NCBI GenBank assembly: GCA_964057225.1
Contig: OZ059895.1
Location: 10,602,001 to 10,666,000, forward strand
Length of the DNA: 64,000 bases
Source of the DNA: Auanema rhodensis
Lineage: Eukaryota; Animalia; Nematoda
Reading direction: 5' to 3'
Both the position numbers and the translations under genes were made by a program. Below are positions 30,001-43,069 of the stretch, piece after piece. The notes below the pieces were generated by a model. That model saw nothing but the letters and a program-made list of their open reading frames with translations, searched no databases and was not told the DNA's origin. Each line of letters begins with the position of its first letter. Position 1 is the first letter of the stretch.

Positions 30001-33000
30001 TTTCAAAGTTGACTTTTTGATAATATAAATTTGGTTTTGTAAGCATATATCCATAGTAATCATGTTTTGCGGCGGGCTCAACTTGCTATTTCGTTTGATT
30101 TTTATGAAAAATTAAATATTCTAAAAATTTTATTTCTTGTCCGAGAAGTACGTGCTACATCTCATTTAAGTAAGACTTAGTTGATTGAGAAGGCAAAACA
30201 AATTTTGTTAGCACAGAACCATATTAATCATATTTTCCGGCGGGCTCAAGTTGCTATTTTGTTCGATTTTTATGAAAAATTAAAAATTTTTAAATGTTTA
30301 TTTTTAGCCCTAGAAATACGTGCAACATCTTATTAAACTCAAAATCGACTGTTTGATGATTTAAATTTGGTTTTGTAAGCATATATCCATAGTAATAATG
30401 TTTTGCGGCGGGCTCAACTTGCTATTTCGTTTGATTTTCATGAAAAATTAAATATTCTAAAAATTTTATTTCTTGTCCTAGAACTACGTGCTACATCTCA
30501 TTAAACTAAGAATTAGTTAATTGAAGAGCTAAAACAAATTTTGTTAGCACAGAACCATATTAATCATATTTTACGGCGGGCTCAAGTTGCTATTTTGTTC
30601 GATTTTTATGAAAAATTAAAAATTTTAAAATGTTTATTTTTAGCCCTAGAAATACGTGCAACACCTTATTAAACTCAAAATCGACTGTTTGATAATTTAA
30701 ATTTGGTTTTGTAAGCATATATCCATAGTAATCATGTTTTGCGGCGGGCTCAACTTGCTATTTCGTTTGATTTTCATGAAAAATTAAATATTCTAAAAAT
30801 TTTATTTCTTGTCCTAGAACTACGTGCTACATCTCATTAAACTAAGAATTAGTTGATTGAGAAGGCAAAACAAATTTTGTTAGCACAGTACCATATTAAT
30901 CATATTTTACGGCGCGCTCAAGTTGCTATTTTGTTCGATTTTTATGAAAAATAAAAAAGTTTAAAATGTTTATTTTTAGCCCTAGAAATACGTGCAACAC
31001 CTTATTAAACTCAAAATCGACTGTTTGATAATTTAAATTTGGTTTTGTAAGCATATATCCATAGTAATCATGTTTTGCGGCGGGCTCAACTTGCTATTTC
31101 GTTTGATTTTCATGAAAAAATTAAATATTCTAAAAATTTTATTTCTTGTCCTAGAACTACGTGCTACATCTCATTAAACTAAGAATTAGTTGATTGAAGA
31201 AGCAAAACAAATTTTGTTAGCACAGTACCATATTAATCATATTTTACGGCGCGCTCAAGTTGCTATTTTGTTCGATTTTTATGAAAAATAAAAAAGTTTA
31301 AAATGTTTATTTTTAGCCCTAGAAATACGTGCATCATCATATTCAACTTAAAATCGACTGTTTGATAATATAAATTTGGTTTTGTAAGCATATATCCATA
31401 GTAATCATGTTTTGCGGCGGGCTCAACTTGCTATTTCGTTTGATTTTCATGAAAAATTAAATATTCTAAAAATTTTATTTCTTGTCCTAGAACTACGTGC
31501 TACATCTCATTAAACTAAGAATTAGTTGATTGAAGAAGCAAAACAAATTTTGTTAGCACAGTACCATATTAATCATATTTTACGGCGCGCTCAAGTTGCT
31601 ATTTTGTTCGATTTTTATGAAAAATAAAAAAGTTTAAAATGTTTATTTTTAGCCCTAGAAATACGTGCAACACCTTATTAAACTCAAAATCGACTGTTTG
31701 ATAATTTAAATTTGGTTTTGTAAGCATATATCCATAGTAATCATGTTTTGCGGCGGGCTCAACTTGCTATTTCGTTTGATTTTCATGAAAAAATTAAATA
31801 TTTTAAAAATTTTATTTCTTGTCCTAGAACTACGTGCTACATCTCATTAAACTAAGAATTAGTTGATTGAAGAAGCAAAACAAATTTTGTTAGCACAGTA
31901 CCATATTAATCATATTTTACGGCGCGCTCAAGTTGCTATTTTGTTCGATTTTTATGAAAAATAAAAAAGTTTAAAATGTTTATTTTTAGCCCTAGAAATA
32001 CGTGCATCATCATATTCAACTTAAAATCGACTGTTTGATAATATAAATTAGGTTTTGTAAGTATATATCAATAGTAATCATGTTTTGCGGCGGGCTCAAC
32101 TTGCTATTTCGTTTGATTTTCATGAAAAATTAAATATTCTAAAAATTTTATTTCTTGTCCTAGAACTACGTGCTACATCTCATTAAACTAAGAATTAGTT
32201 GATTGAGAAGGCAAAACAAATTTTGTTAGCACAGAACCATATTAATCATATTTTCCGGCGCGCTCAAATTGCTATTTTGTTCGATTTTTATGAAAAATTA
32301 AAAATTTTTAAATGTTTATTTTTAGCCCTAGAAATACGTGCAACATCTTATTCATTTCAAAGTTCACTTTCTGATAATATAAAATTGGTTTTGTAAGCAT
32401 ATATCCATAGTAATCATGTTTTGCGGCGGGCTCAACTTGCTATTTCGTTTGATTTTTATGAAAAATTAAATATTCTAAAAATCTTATTTTTTGTCCTAGA
32501 AATACGTGCTACATCTCATTCAACTGAGAATTAGTTGATTAAAAAAGTGAAACAAATTTTGTTAGCACAGAACCATATTAATCATATTTTCCGGCGGGCT
32601 CAAGTTGCTATTTTGTTCGATTTTTATGAAAAATTAAAAATTTTTAAATGTTTATTTTTAGCCCTAGAAATACGTGCAACATCTTATTAAACTCAAAATC
32701 GACTGTTTGATAATTTAAATTTGGTTTTGTAAGCATATATCCATAGTAATCATGTTTTGCGGCGGGCTCAACTTGCTATTTCGTTTGATTTTCATGAAAA
32801 ATTAAATATTCTAAAAATTTTATTTCTTGTCCTAGAACTACGTGCTACATCTCATTAAACTAAGAATTAGTTGATTGAAGAAGCAAAACAAATTTTGTTA
32901 GCACAGAACCATATTAATCATATTTTACGGCGCGCTCAAGTTGCTATTTTGTTCGATTTTTATGAAAAATAAAAAAGTTTAAAATGTTTATTTTTAGCCC

Positions 33001-36000
33001 TAGAAATACGTGCATCATCATATTCAACTTAAAATCGACTGTTTGATAATATAAATTAGGTTTTGTAAGTATATATCAATAGTAATCATGTTTTGCGGCG
33101 GGTTCCACTTGCTATTTCGTTTGATTTTTATGAAAAATTAAATATTCTAAAAATTTTATTTCTTGTCCGAGAAGTACGTGCTACATCTCATTTAAGTAAG
33201 ACTTAGTTGATTGAGAAGGCAAAACAAATTTTGTTAGCACAGAACCATATTAATCATATTTTCCGGCGGGCTCAAGTTGCTATTTTGTTCGATTTTTATG
33301 AAAAATTAAAAATTTTAAAATGTTTATTTTTAGCCCTAGAAATACGTGCAACATCTTATTAAACTCAAAATCGACTGTTTGATAATTTAAATTTGGTTTT
33401 GTAAGCATATATCCATAGTAATCATGTTTTGCGGCTGGTTCAACTTGCTATTTCGTTTGATTTTCATGAAAAATTAAATATTCTAAAAATTTTATTTCTT
33501 GTCCTAGAACTACGTGCTACATCTCATTAAACTAAGAATTAGTTGATTGAAGAAGCAAAACAAATTTTGTTAGCACAGTACCATATTAATCATATTTTAC
33601 GGCGGGCTCAAGTTGCTATTTTGTTCGATTTTTATGAAAAATAAAAAAGTTTAAAATGTTTATTTTTAGCCCTAGAAATACGTGCATCATCATATTCAAC
33701 TTAAAATCGACTGTTTGATAATATAAATTAGGTTTTGTAAGTATATATCAATAGTAATCATGTTTTGCGGCGGGCTCAACTTGCTATTTCGTTTGATTTT
33801 CATGAAAAATTAAATATTCTAAAAATTTTATTTCTTGTCCTAGAACTACGTGCTACATCTCATTAAACTAAGAATTAGTTGATTGAGAAGGCAAAACAAA
33901 TTTTGTTAGCACAGTACCATATTAATCATATTTTACGGCGGGCTCAAGTTGCTATTTTGTTCGATTTTTATGAAAAATTAAAAATTTTAAAATGTTTTTT
34001 TTTAGCAATAGAAATACGTGCATCATCATATTCAACTTAAAATCGACTGTTTGATAATATAAATTAGGTTTTGTAAGTATATATCAATAGTAATCATGTT
34101 TTGCGGCGGGCTCAACTTGCTATTTCGTTTGATTTTCATGAAAAATTAAATATTCTAAAAATTTTATTTCTTGTCCTAGAACTACGTGCTACATCTCATT
34201 AAACTAAGAATTAGTTGATTGAAGAAGCAAAACAAATTTTGTTAGCACAGTACCATATTAATCATATTTTACGGCGGGCTCAAGTTGCTATTTTGTTCGA
34301 TTTTTATGAAAAATTAAAAATTTTAAAATGTTTATTTTTAGCCCTAGAAATACGTGCATCATCATATTCAACTTAAAATCGACTGTTTGATAATATAAAT
34401 TAGGTTTTGTAAGTATATATCAATAGTAATCATGTTTTGCGGCTGGTTCAACTTGCTATTTCGTTTGATTTTCATGAAAAATTAAATATTCTAAAAATTT
34501 TATTTCTTGTCCTAGAACTACGTGCTACATCTCATTAAACTAAGAATTAGTTGATTGAAGAAGCAAAACAAATTTTGTTAGCACAGTACCATATTAATCA
34601 TATTTTACGGCGGGCTCAAGTTGCTATTTTGTTCGATTTTTATGAAAAATAAAAAAGTTTAAAATGTTTATTTTTAGCCCTAGAAATACGTGCATCATCA
34701 TATTCAACTTAAAATCGACTGTTTGATAATATAAATTAGGTTTTGTAAGTATATATCAATAGTAATCATGTTTTGCGGCGGGCTCAACTTGCTATTTCGT
34801 TTGATTTTCATGAAAAATTAAATATTCTAAAAATTTTATTTCTTGTCCTAGAACTACGTGCTACATCTCATTAAACTAAGAATTAGTTGATTGAGAAGGC
34901 AAAACAAATTTTGTTAGCACAGTACCATATTAATCATATTTTACGGCGGGCTCAAGTTGCTATTTTGTTCGATTTTTATGAAAAATTAAAAATTTTAAAA
35001 TGTTTTTTTTTAGCAATAGAAATACGTGCATCATCTTATTCAACTCAAAATCGACTGTTTGATAATATAAATTAGGTTTTGTAAGCATATATCCATAGTA
35101 ATCGTGTTTTGCGGCTGGTTCAACTTGCTATTTCGTTTGATTTTATGAAAAACCAAATTTTTAAAATGTTTATTTTTAGCCCTAGAAATACGTGCAACAT
35201 CTTATTCATTTCAAAGTTCACTTTCTGATAATATAAATTTGGTTTTGTAAGCATATATCCATAGTAATCATGTTTTGCGGCGGGCTCAACTTGCTATTTC
35301 GTTTGATTTTTATGAAAAATTAAATATTCTAAAAATCTTATTTTTTGTCCTAGAAATACGTGCTACATCTCATTCAACTGAGAATTAGTTGATTAAAAAA
35401 GTGAAACAAATTTTGTTAGCACAGAACCATATTAATCATATTTTCCGGCGGGCTCAAGTTGCTATTTTGTTCGATTTTTATGAAAAATTAAAAATTTTTA
35501 AATGTTTATTTTTAGCCCTAGAAATACGTGCAACATCTTATTAAACTCAAAATCGACTGTTTGATAATTTAAATTTGGTTTTGTAAGCATATATCCATAG
35601 TAATCATGTTTTGCGGCGGGCTCAACTTGCTATTTCGTTTGATTTTCATGAAAAATTAAATATTCTAAAAATTTTATTTCTTGTCCTAGAACTACGTGCT
35701 ACATCTCATTAAACTAAGAATTAGTTGATTGAAGAAGCAAAACAAATTTTGTTAGCACAGAACCATATTAATCATATTTTACGGCGCGCTCAAATTGCTA
35801 TTTTGTTCGATTTTTATGAAAAATAAAAAAGTTTAAAATGTTTATTTTTAGCCCTAGAAATACGTGCATCATCATATTCAACTTAAAATCGACTGTTTGA
35901 TAATATAAATTAGGTTTTGTAAGTATATATCAATAGTAATCATGTTTTGCGGCGGGTTCCACTTGCTATTTCGTTTGATTTTTATGAAAAATTAAATATT

Positions 36001-36746
36001 CTAAAAATTTTATTTCTTGTCCGAGAAGTACGTGCTACATCTCATTTAAGTAAGACTTAGTTGATTGAGAAGGCAAAACAAATTTTGTTAGCACAGAACC
36101 ATATTAATCATATTTTCCGGCGCGCTCAAATTGCTATTTTGTTCGATTTTTATGAAAAATTAAAAATTTTAAAATGTTTATTTTTTAGCAATAGAAATAC
36201 GTGCATCATCTTATTCAACTCAAAATCGACTGTTTGATAATATAAATTAGGTTTTGTAAGCATATATCCATAGTAATCATGTTTTGCGGCTGGTTCAACT
36301 TGCTATTTCGTTTGATTTTATGAAAAACCGAATTTTTAAAATGTTTATTTTTAGCCCTAGAAATACGTGCTACATCTCATTAAACTAAGAATTAGTTAAT
36401 TAAAGAGCTAAAACAAATTTTGTTAGCACAGAACCATATTAATCATATTTTACGGCGGGCTCAAGTTGCTATTTTGTTCGATTTTTATGAAAAATTAAAA
36501 ATTTTAAAATGTTTATTTTTAGCCCTAGAAATACGTGCAACACCTTATTAAACTCAAAATCGACTGTTTGATAATTTAAATTTGGTTTTGTAAGCATATA
36601 TCCATAGTAATCATGTTTTGCGGCGGGCTCAAGTTGCTATTTTGTTCGATTTTTATGAAAAATAAAAAAGTTTAAAATGTTTATTTTTAGCCCTAGAAAT
36701 ACGTGCATCATCATATTCAACTTAAAATCGACTGTTTGATAATATA
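1..36746 (+). repeat. Tandem satellite array, ~168-bp monomer, mostly A/B dimers (~336 bp) with local higher-order repeats
   Basis: Monomers starting TTTTGTTAGCACAGAACC (type A) and TTTTGTAAGCATATATCC (type B) alternate every 166-169 bp (A starts at 1, 336, 672). Each carries a GC-rich core like TTTT(C/A/G)CGGCGGGCTCAA. The array runs off the left edge. Confidence 0.99.
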
Positions 36747-37770
36747 ATTTTTAATTTTTCATAAAAATCGAACAAAATAGCAACTTGAGCCCGCCGTAAA
36801 ATATGATTAATATGGTTCTGTGCTAACAAAATTTGTTTTGCTTCTTCAATCAACTAATTCTTAGTTTAATGAGATGTAGCACGTAGTTCTAGGACAAGAA
36901 ATAAAATTTTTAGAATATTTAATTTTTCATGAAAATCAAACGAAATACCAAGTTGAGCCCGCCGCAAAACATGATTACTATGGATATATGCTCACAAAAC
37001 CTAATTTATATTATCAAACAGTTGATTTTGAGTTGAATAAGATTTTGCACGTATTTCTAGGGCTAAAAATAAACATTTAAAAAATTTTAATTTTTCATAA
37101 AAATCGAACAAAATAGCAACTTGAGCCCGCCGGAAAATATGATTAATATGGTTCTGTGCTAACAAAATTTGTTTCACTTTTTTAATCAACTAATTCTCAG
37201 TTGAATGAGATGTAGCACGTATTTCTAGGACAAAAAATAAGATTTTTAGAATATTTAATTTTTCATAAAAATCAAACGAAATAGCAAGTTGAGCCCGCCG
37301 CAAAACATGATTACTATGGATATATGCTTACAAAACCAAATTTATATTATCAGAAAGTCAACTTTGAAATGAATAAGATGTTGCACGTATTTCTAGGGCT
37401 AAAAATAAACATTTTAAAAATTTGGTTTTTCATAAAATCAAACGAAATAGCAAGTTGAACCAGCCGCAAAAATGGTTCTGTGCTAACAAAATTTGTTTTG
37501 CCTTCTCAATCAACTAAGTCTTACTTAAATGAGATGTAGCACGTACTTCTCGGACAAGAAATAAAATTTTTAGAATATTTAATTTTTCATAAAAATCAAA
37601 CGAAATAGCAAGTGGAACCCGCCGCAAAACATGATTACTATTGATATATACTTACAAAACCTAATTTATATTATCAAACAGTCGATTTTAAGTTGAATAT
37701 GATGATGCACGTATTTCTAGGGCTAAAAATAAACATTTTAAACTTTTTTATTTTTCATAAAAATCGAACA
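36747..37770 (-). repeat. Inverted block of the 168-bp satellite
   Basis: Sequence switches to the reverse complement (TTGAGCCCGCCG, GGTTCTGTGCTAACAAAA) at ~36747 and back at 37771. There is an internal deletion at ~37471. Confidence 0.97.
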
Positions 37771-39107
37771 CGGCGGGTTCAACTTGCTATTTCGTTTGCT
37801 TTTTATGAAAATTTAAATATTCTACAATTTTTATTTCTTGTCCTAGAAGTACGTGCTACATCTCATTTGCCGCGTTCGATTTTTATGAAAAATAAAAAAG
37901 TTTAAAATGTTTATTTTTAGCCCTAGAAATACGTGCATCATCATATTCAACTTAAAATCGACTGTTTGATAATATAAATTAGGTTTTGTAAGTATATATC
38001 AATAGTAATCATGTTTTGCGGCGGGTTCCACTTGCTATTTCGTTTGATTTTTATGAAAAATTAAATATTCTAAAAATTTTATTTCTTGTCCGAGAAGTAC
38101 GTGCTAGATCTCATTTAAGTAAGACTTAGTTGATTGAGAAGGCAAAACAAATTTTGTTAGCACAGAACCATATTAATCATATTTTCCGGCGCGCTCAAAT
38201 TGCTATTTTGTTCGATTTTTATGAAAAATTAAAAATTTTTAAATGTTTTTTTTTAGCAATAGAAATACGTGCATCATCTTATTCAACTCAAAATCGACTG
38301 TTTGATAATATAAATTAGGTTTTGTAAGCATATATCCATAGTAATCATGTTTTGCGGCTGGTTCAACTTGCTATTTCGTTTGATTTTATGAAAAACCAAA
38401 TTTTTAAAATGTTTATTTTTAGCCCTAGAAATACGTGCAACATCTTATTCATTTCAAAGTTGACTTTCTGATAATATATATTTGGTTTTGTAAGCATATA
38501 TCCATAGTAATCATGTTTTGCGGCGGGCTCAACTTGCTATTTCGTTTGATTTTTATGAAAAATTAAATATTCTAAAAATCTTATTTTTTGTCCTAGAAAT
38601 ACGTGCTACATCTCATTCAACTGAGAATTAGTTGATTAAAAAAGTGAAACAAATTTTGTTAGCACAGAACCATATTAATCATATTTTTCGGCGGGCTCGA
38701 GTTGCTATTTTGTTCGATTTTTATGAAAAATTAAAAATTTAAAAAAGTTTATTTATAGCCTTAGAAATACGTGCAACATCTCATTAAACTCAAAATCGAC
38801 TGTTTGATAATTTAAATTTGGTTTTGTAAGCATATATCCATAGTAATCATGTTTTGCGGCGGGTTCAACTTGCTATTTCGTTTGATTTTTATGAAAAATT
38901 AAATATTCAAAAAATTTTATTTCTTGTCCTAGAACTACGTGCTACATCTCATAAAACTAAGAACTAGTTGATTGAAGAGGCAAAACAAATTTTGTTAGCA
39001 CAGAACCATATTAATCATATTTTACGGCGGGCTCAAATTGCTATCTTGTTCGATTTTTATGAAAAATTAAATATTTTTAAATTTTTATTTTTAGCCCTAG
39101 AAATACG
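37771..39107 (+). repeat. 168-bp satellite, forward orientation (end of main array)
   Basis: Forward monomers with more private substitutions, ending at ...CCCTAGAAATACGT where non-satellite sequence starts. Confidence 0.97.
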
Positions 39108-39660
39108 TAAACATAGATGCAAGCAGGATACTCATACTAAATTGAGTTGGGTTCGACGAATACAAAAATATTATTTACGATCATTACTTGCCATTGGGCT
39201 TGTGCATTATTAAATGATTATTTCCCACTGGGCTTGGAAAAGTAATCGGCTTTTGATATAGACCAACGCACCGTGCGCCAGTGGGACCATAGTTCATATT
39301 GTGAAAGAAAGTCGAATGAATTGGTACAAGTGCTCCGGAAAAGTAGTCGGCTCTTCTGAATCAAAAAAAAACTCTTCATTAAATTCGGACCGAGATTCAC
39401 TGGAAAGGCTTACATATTCCCGGCTAATAAACTGTTATTCGAAAAAATAACAGAAAAAAAAGGAGATGGATGCACAGTTCATTAAACATAAAAGAACACG
39501 CAAACCGGATGATAATAAGAAATAATAATCTGTGAAATCATGTGTTTTTTAATCAATTTTTTGTACATTTTTTCTGGCTTTCTTGTGATATTTAATAATT
39601 AATATTATTTCAATAAAATTTATCTATATTATTATTCTTATTTCATTTATTTTTGTATTT
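39108..39660. mobile_element. Rearranged second copy of the left end of the 47-56 kb Crypton-like element
   Basis: 39108-39238 is a direct copy of ~47103-47233. 39256-39658 is the reverse complement of ~47232-47633, with scattered substitutions. Confidence 0.9.
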
Positions 39661-39674
39661 TTTTTTATTTTTGT

Positions 39675-42608
39675 AAACAGCAACTTGAGCCCGCCGGAAA
39701 ACATGATTAATATGTGTCTGTGTTAACAAAATTTGTTTTACTTTTTCAATCAATTAATTTTTAGTTTAATGAGATGTAGTACGTGCTTTAAGGACAAAAA
39801 ATAAAATTTTTAGAATATTTATTTTTTCATAAAAACCAAACGAAATACCAAGTTGAGCCCGCCGCAAAACCTGATTACTTTGAATATATGCTTACAAAAC
39901 TTAATTTATATCACTTAACAGTTCATTTTGAGTTGAGTGAGATGTTGCACGTATTTCTAGGGCTATGAATAAACATTTTTAAATTTTTAATTTTTCTTGA
40001 AAATCAAACAAAACAGCAACTTGAGCCCGCCAGAAAACAGGATTAATATGTGTCTGTGTTAACAAAATTTGTTTCACCTTTTCAATCAACTAATTCTTAG
40101 TTGAATGAGATGTAGCTTGTACTTCTAGGACAAAAAATAAAATTTTAGAATATTTAATTTTTCATAAAAATCAAACGAAATACCAAGTTGAGCCCGCCGC
40201 AAAACCTGATTACTTTGAATATACGCTTACAAAACTTAATTTATATCCCTAAACAGTTCATTTTGAGTCGAGTGAGATGTTGCACGTATTTCTAGGGCTA
40301 AAAACAAAAATTTTAAAATATTTAATTTTTCATAAAAATCGAACAAAATAGCAAATTGAGCCCGCCGAAAAACATGATTATTGTGCTTCAGTGCTTACAA
40401 ATTTCGTTTTGCCTTCTCAATCAACTAATTCTCACTTAAATGAGATGTAGCACGTACTTCTAGGACAAGAAATAAAATTTTTAGAATATTTAATTTTTCA
40501 TAAAAATCAAACGAAATAGCAAGTTGAACCCGCCGCAAAACATGATTACTATTGATATATGCTTACAAAACCTAATTTATATTATCAAACAGTCGATTTT
40601 GAGTTGAATAAGATGATGCACGTATTTCTAGGGCTAAAAATGAACATTTTAAAATTTTTAATTTTTCATAAAAATTGAACAAAATAGCAACTTGAGCCCG
40701 CCGGTAAATATGATTAATATGGTTCTGTGCTAACAAAATTTGTTATACCTTTTCAATCGACTAATTTTTAGTTAAATGAGATGTAGCACGTACTTCTAGG
40801 ACAAGAAATAAAAATTGTAGAATATTTAAATTTTCATAAAAAGCAAACGAAATAGCAAGTTGAACCCGCCGCAAAACATGATTACTATGGATATATGCTT
40901 ACAAAACCAAATTTATATTATCAAACAGTCAACTTTGAGTTGAATAAGATGTTGCACGTTTTTCTAGGGCTAAAAATAAACATCATAAAAAATAAACATC
41001 ATAAAAATCGAACGAAATAGCAACTTGAGCCCGCCGGAAAATATGATTAATATATTTTTGTGCTTACAAAATTTGTTTTACTTTTTCAATCATTTTATTC
41101 TCAAACAAAATAGCAGATTGAGCCCGCCGGAAAACATGATTATTGTGCTTCAGTGCTTACAAAATTTGTTTTAGCTCTTTAATTAACTAATTCTGAGTTA
41201 AATGAGATGTAGCACGTACTCCTAGGACTAAAAATAAAAATTTTACATTTTGTAATTTTTCATAAAAATCGAACAAAACAGCAACTTGAGCCCGCCGGAA
41301 AACATGATTACTATTGATATATGCTTACAAAATCTAATTTATATTATCAAACAGTCGATTTTGAGTTGAATAAGATGATGCACGTATTTCTAGGGCTAAA
41401 AATGAACATTTTAAAATTTTTAATTTTTCATAAAAATCGAACAAAATAGCAACTTGAGCCCGCCGGAAAATATGATTAATATGCTTCTGTGCTAACAAAA
41501 TTTGTTATACCTTTTCGATCAACTAATTTTCAGTTGAATGAAATATAGCACGTATTTCTTGGACAAAAAATAAACTTTTTAGAATATTTATTTTTTCATA
41601 AAAATCAAACGAAATAGCAAGTTGAGCCCGCCGCAAAACATGATTACTATGGATATATGCCCACAAAACCAATTTTATTTTATCAAACAGTCAACTTTGA
41701 GTTGAATAAGGTGTTGCACGTATTTCTAGGGCTAAAAATAAACATTTTAAAATTTTTAATTTTTCATAAAAATCGAACAAAATAGCAACTTGAGCCCGCC
41801 GGTAAATATGATTAATATGGTTCTGTGCTAACAAAATTTGTTATACCTTTTCAATCGACTAATTTTTAGTTAAATGAGATGTAGCACGTACTTCTAGGAC
41901 AAGAAATAAAAATTGTAGAATATTTAAATTTTCATAAAAAGCAAACGAAATAGCAAGTTGAACCCGCCGCAAAACATGATTACTATGGATATATGCTTAC
42001 AAAACCAAATTTATATTATCAAACAGTCAACTTTGAGTTGAATAAGATGTTGCACGTTTTTCTAGGGCTAAAAATAAACATCATAAAAAATAAACATCAT
42101 AAAAATCGAACGAAATAGCAACTTGAGCCCGCCGGAAAATATGATTAATATATTTTTGTGCTTACAAAATTTGTTTTACTTTTTCAATCATTTTATTCTC
42201 AAACAAAATAGCAGATTGAGCCCGCCGGAAAACATGATTATTGTGCTTCAGTGCTTACAAATTTTGTTTTAGCTCTTTAATTAACTAATTCTGAGTTAAA
42301 TGAGATGTAGCACGTACTTCTAGGACTAAAAATAAAAATATTACATTTTGTAATTTTTCATAAAAATCGAACAAAACAGCAACTTGAGCCCGCCGGAAAA
42401 CATGATTAATATGTGTCTGTGTTAACAAAATTTGTTTTACTTTTTTAATCAACTAATTCTTAGTTGAATGAGACGTAGCACGGGCTTTAAGGACAAAAAA
42501 TAAAATTTTTAGAATATTTATTTTTTCATAAAAGCCAAACGAAATAGCAAGTTGAGCCCGCCGCAAAACATGATTACTGTGGATATATGCTTACAAAACC
42601 TAATTTTT
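39675..42608 (-). repeat. Older, more diverged 168-bp satellite block in reverse orientation
   Basis: Reverse-complement monomers with many private variants (e.g. TGTGTCTGTGTTAAC). Includes a ~1098-bp internal duplication (CCGGTAAATA at 40701 and 41799). Confidence 0.95.
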
Positions 42609-42610
42609 TC

Positions 42611-42680
42611 GTGATGCTTGTTTAGCCAAGTATCTTGTTCTTTTCCAGCAATCTTATGAACGTTACAAGACTACTATATG
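42611..42680 (-). mobile_element. Partial, diverged LTR related to the adjacent Gypsy LTRs
   Basis: GTGATGCTTGTTTAGCCAAGTATCTTGTTC...TACAAGACT aligns with the LTR segments at 42811 and 46561, then diverges. Confidence 0.75.
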
Positions 42681-42809
42681 CTCAAAAAGACAAAGTAACA
42701 AAACCTAGAATGATCCAACTACTTGAGAGTACTCAAAAAAAATTAAACGAGAATCTTGACAATTAATTATCAAACAATTTCATACCTTACAGCTTTGGTT
42801 CGGCCCCCA

Positions 42810-43026
42810 TGTGATGCTTGTCTAGCCTAGTATCTTGCTCTATTCCAGCAATCTTTTGAACATTACAAGACTTTATTATATAGAGATAACTCTCTAGTGT
42901 TAGTATTAATAAGTAACACAATTTAAATAACCCAATAAAACAAAATCAAAAACAATCAGAAAAAAAGGAGACCTTTGTCTCACCAGTGAGCCCGACTCAA
43001 CTGACTCCCGTCCTCCTCTTATAACA
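42810..43026 (-). mobile_element. Gypsy LTR (217 bp), a duplicate of the 5' LTR including PBS and outer flank
   Basis: Minus strand reads TGTTATAAG...GCATCACA and is similar to 46560-46776. It is followed by PBS TGGGGGCCGAACC and has the same 43-bp flank (TGAAAGTAGATCATGC...) as the other LTR. Confidence 0.92.
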
Positions 43027-43069
43027 TGAAAGTAGATCATGCAAAATTGAAAAGGTGAAACAAATTTTG

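Noticed and set aside
1-36746. CRISPR-like or coding tandem array
   Set aside because: No unique spacers and no cas genes; the context is eukaryotic.
32199-39213. Repeated 62-81 aa ORFs (MIEKAKQILLAQNHINH...)
   Set aside because: Chance open frames in satellite monomers starting at TTG. Most other monomers have stops or frameshifts at the same positions.
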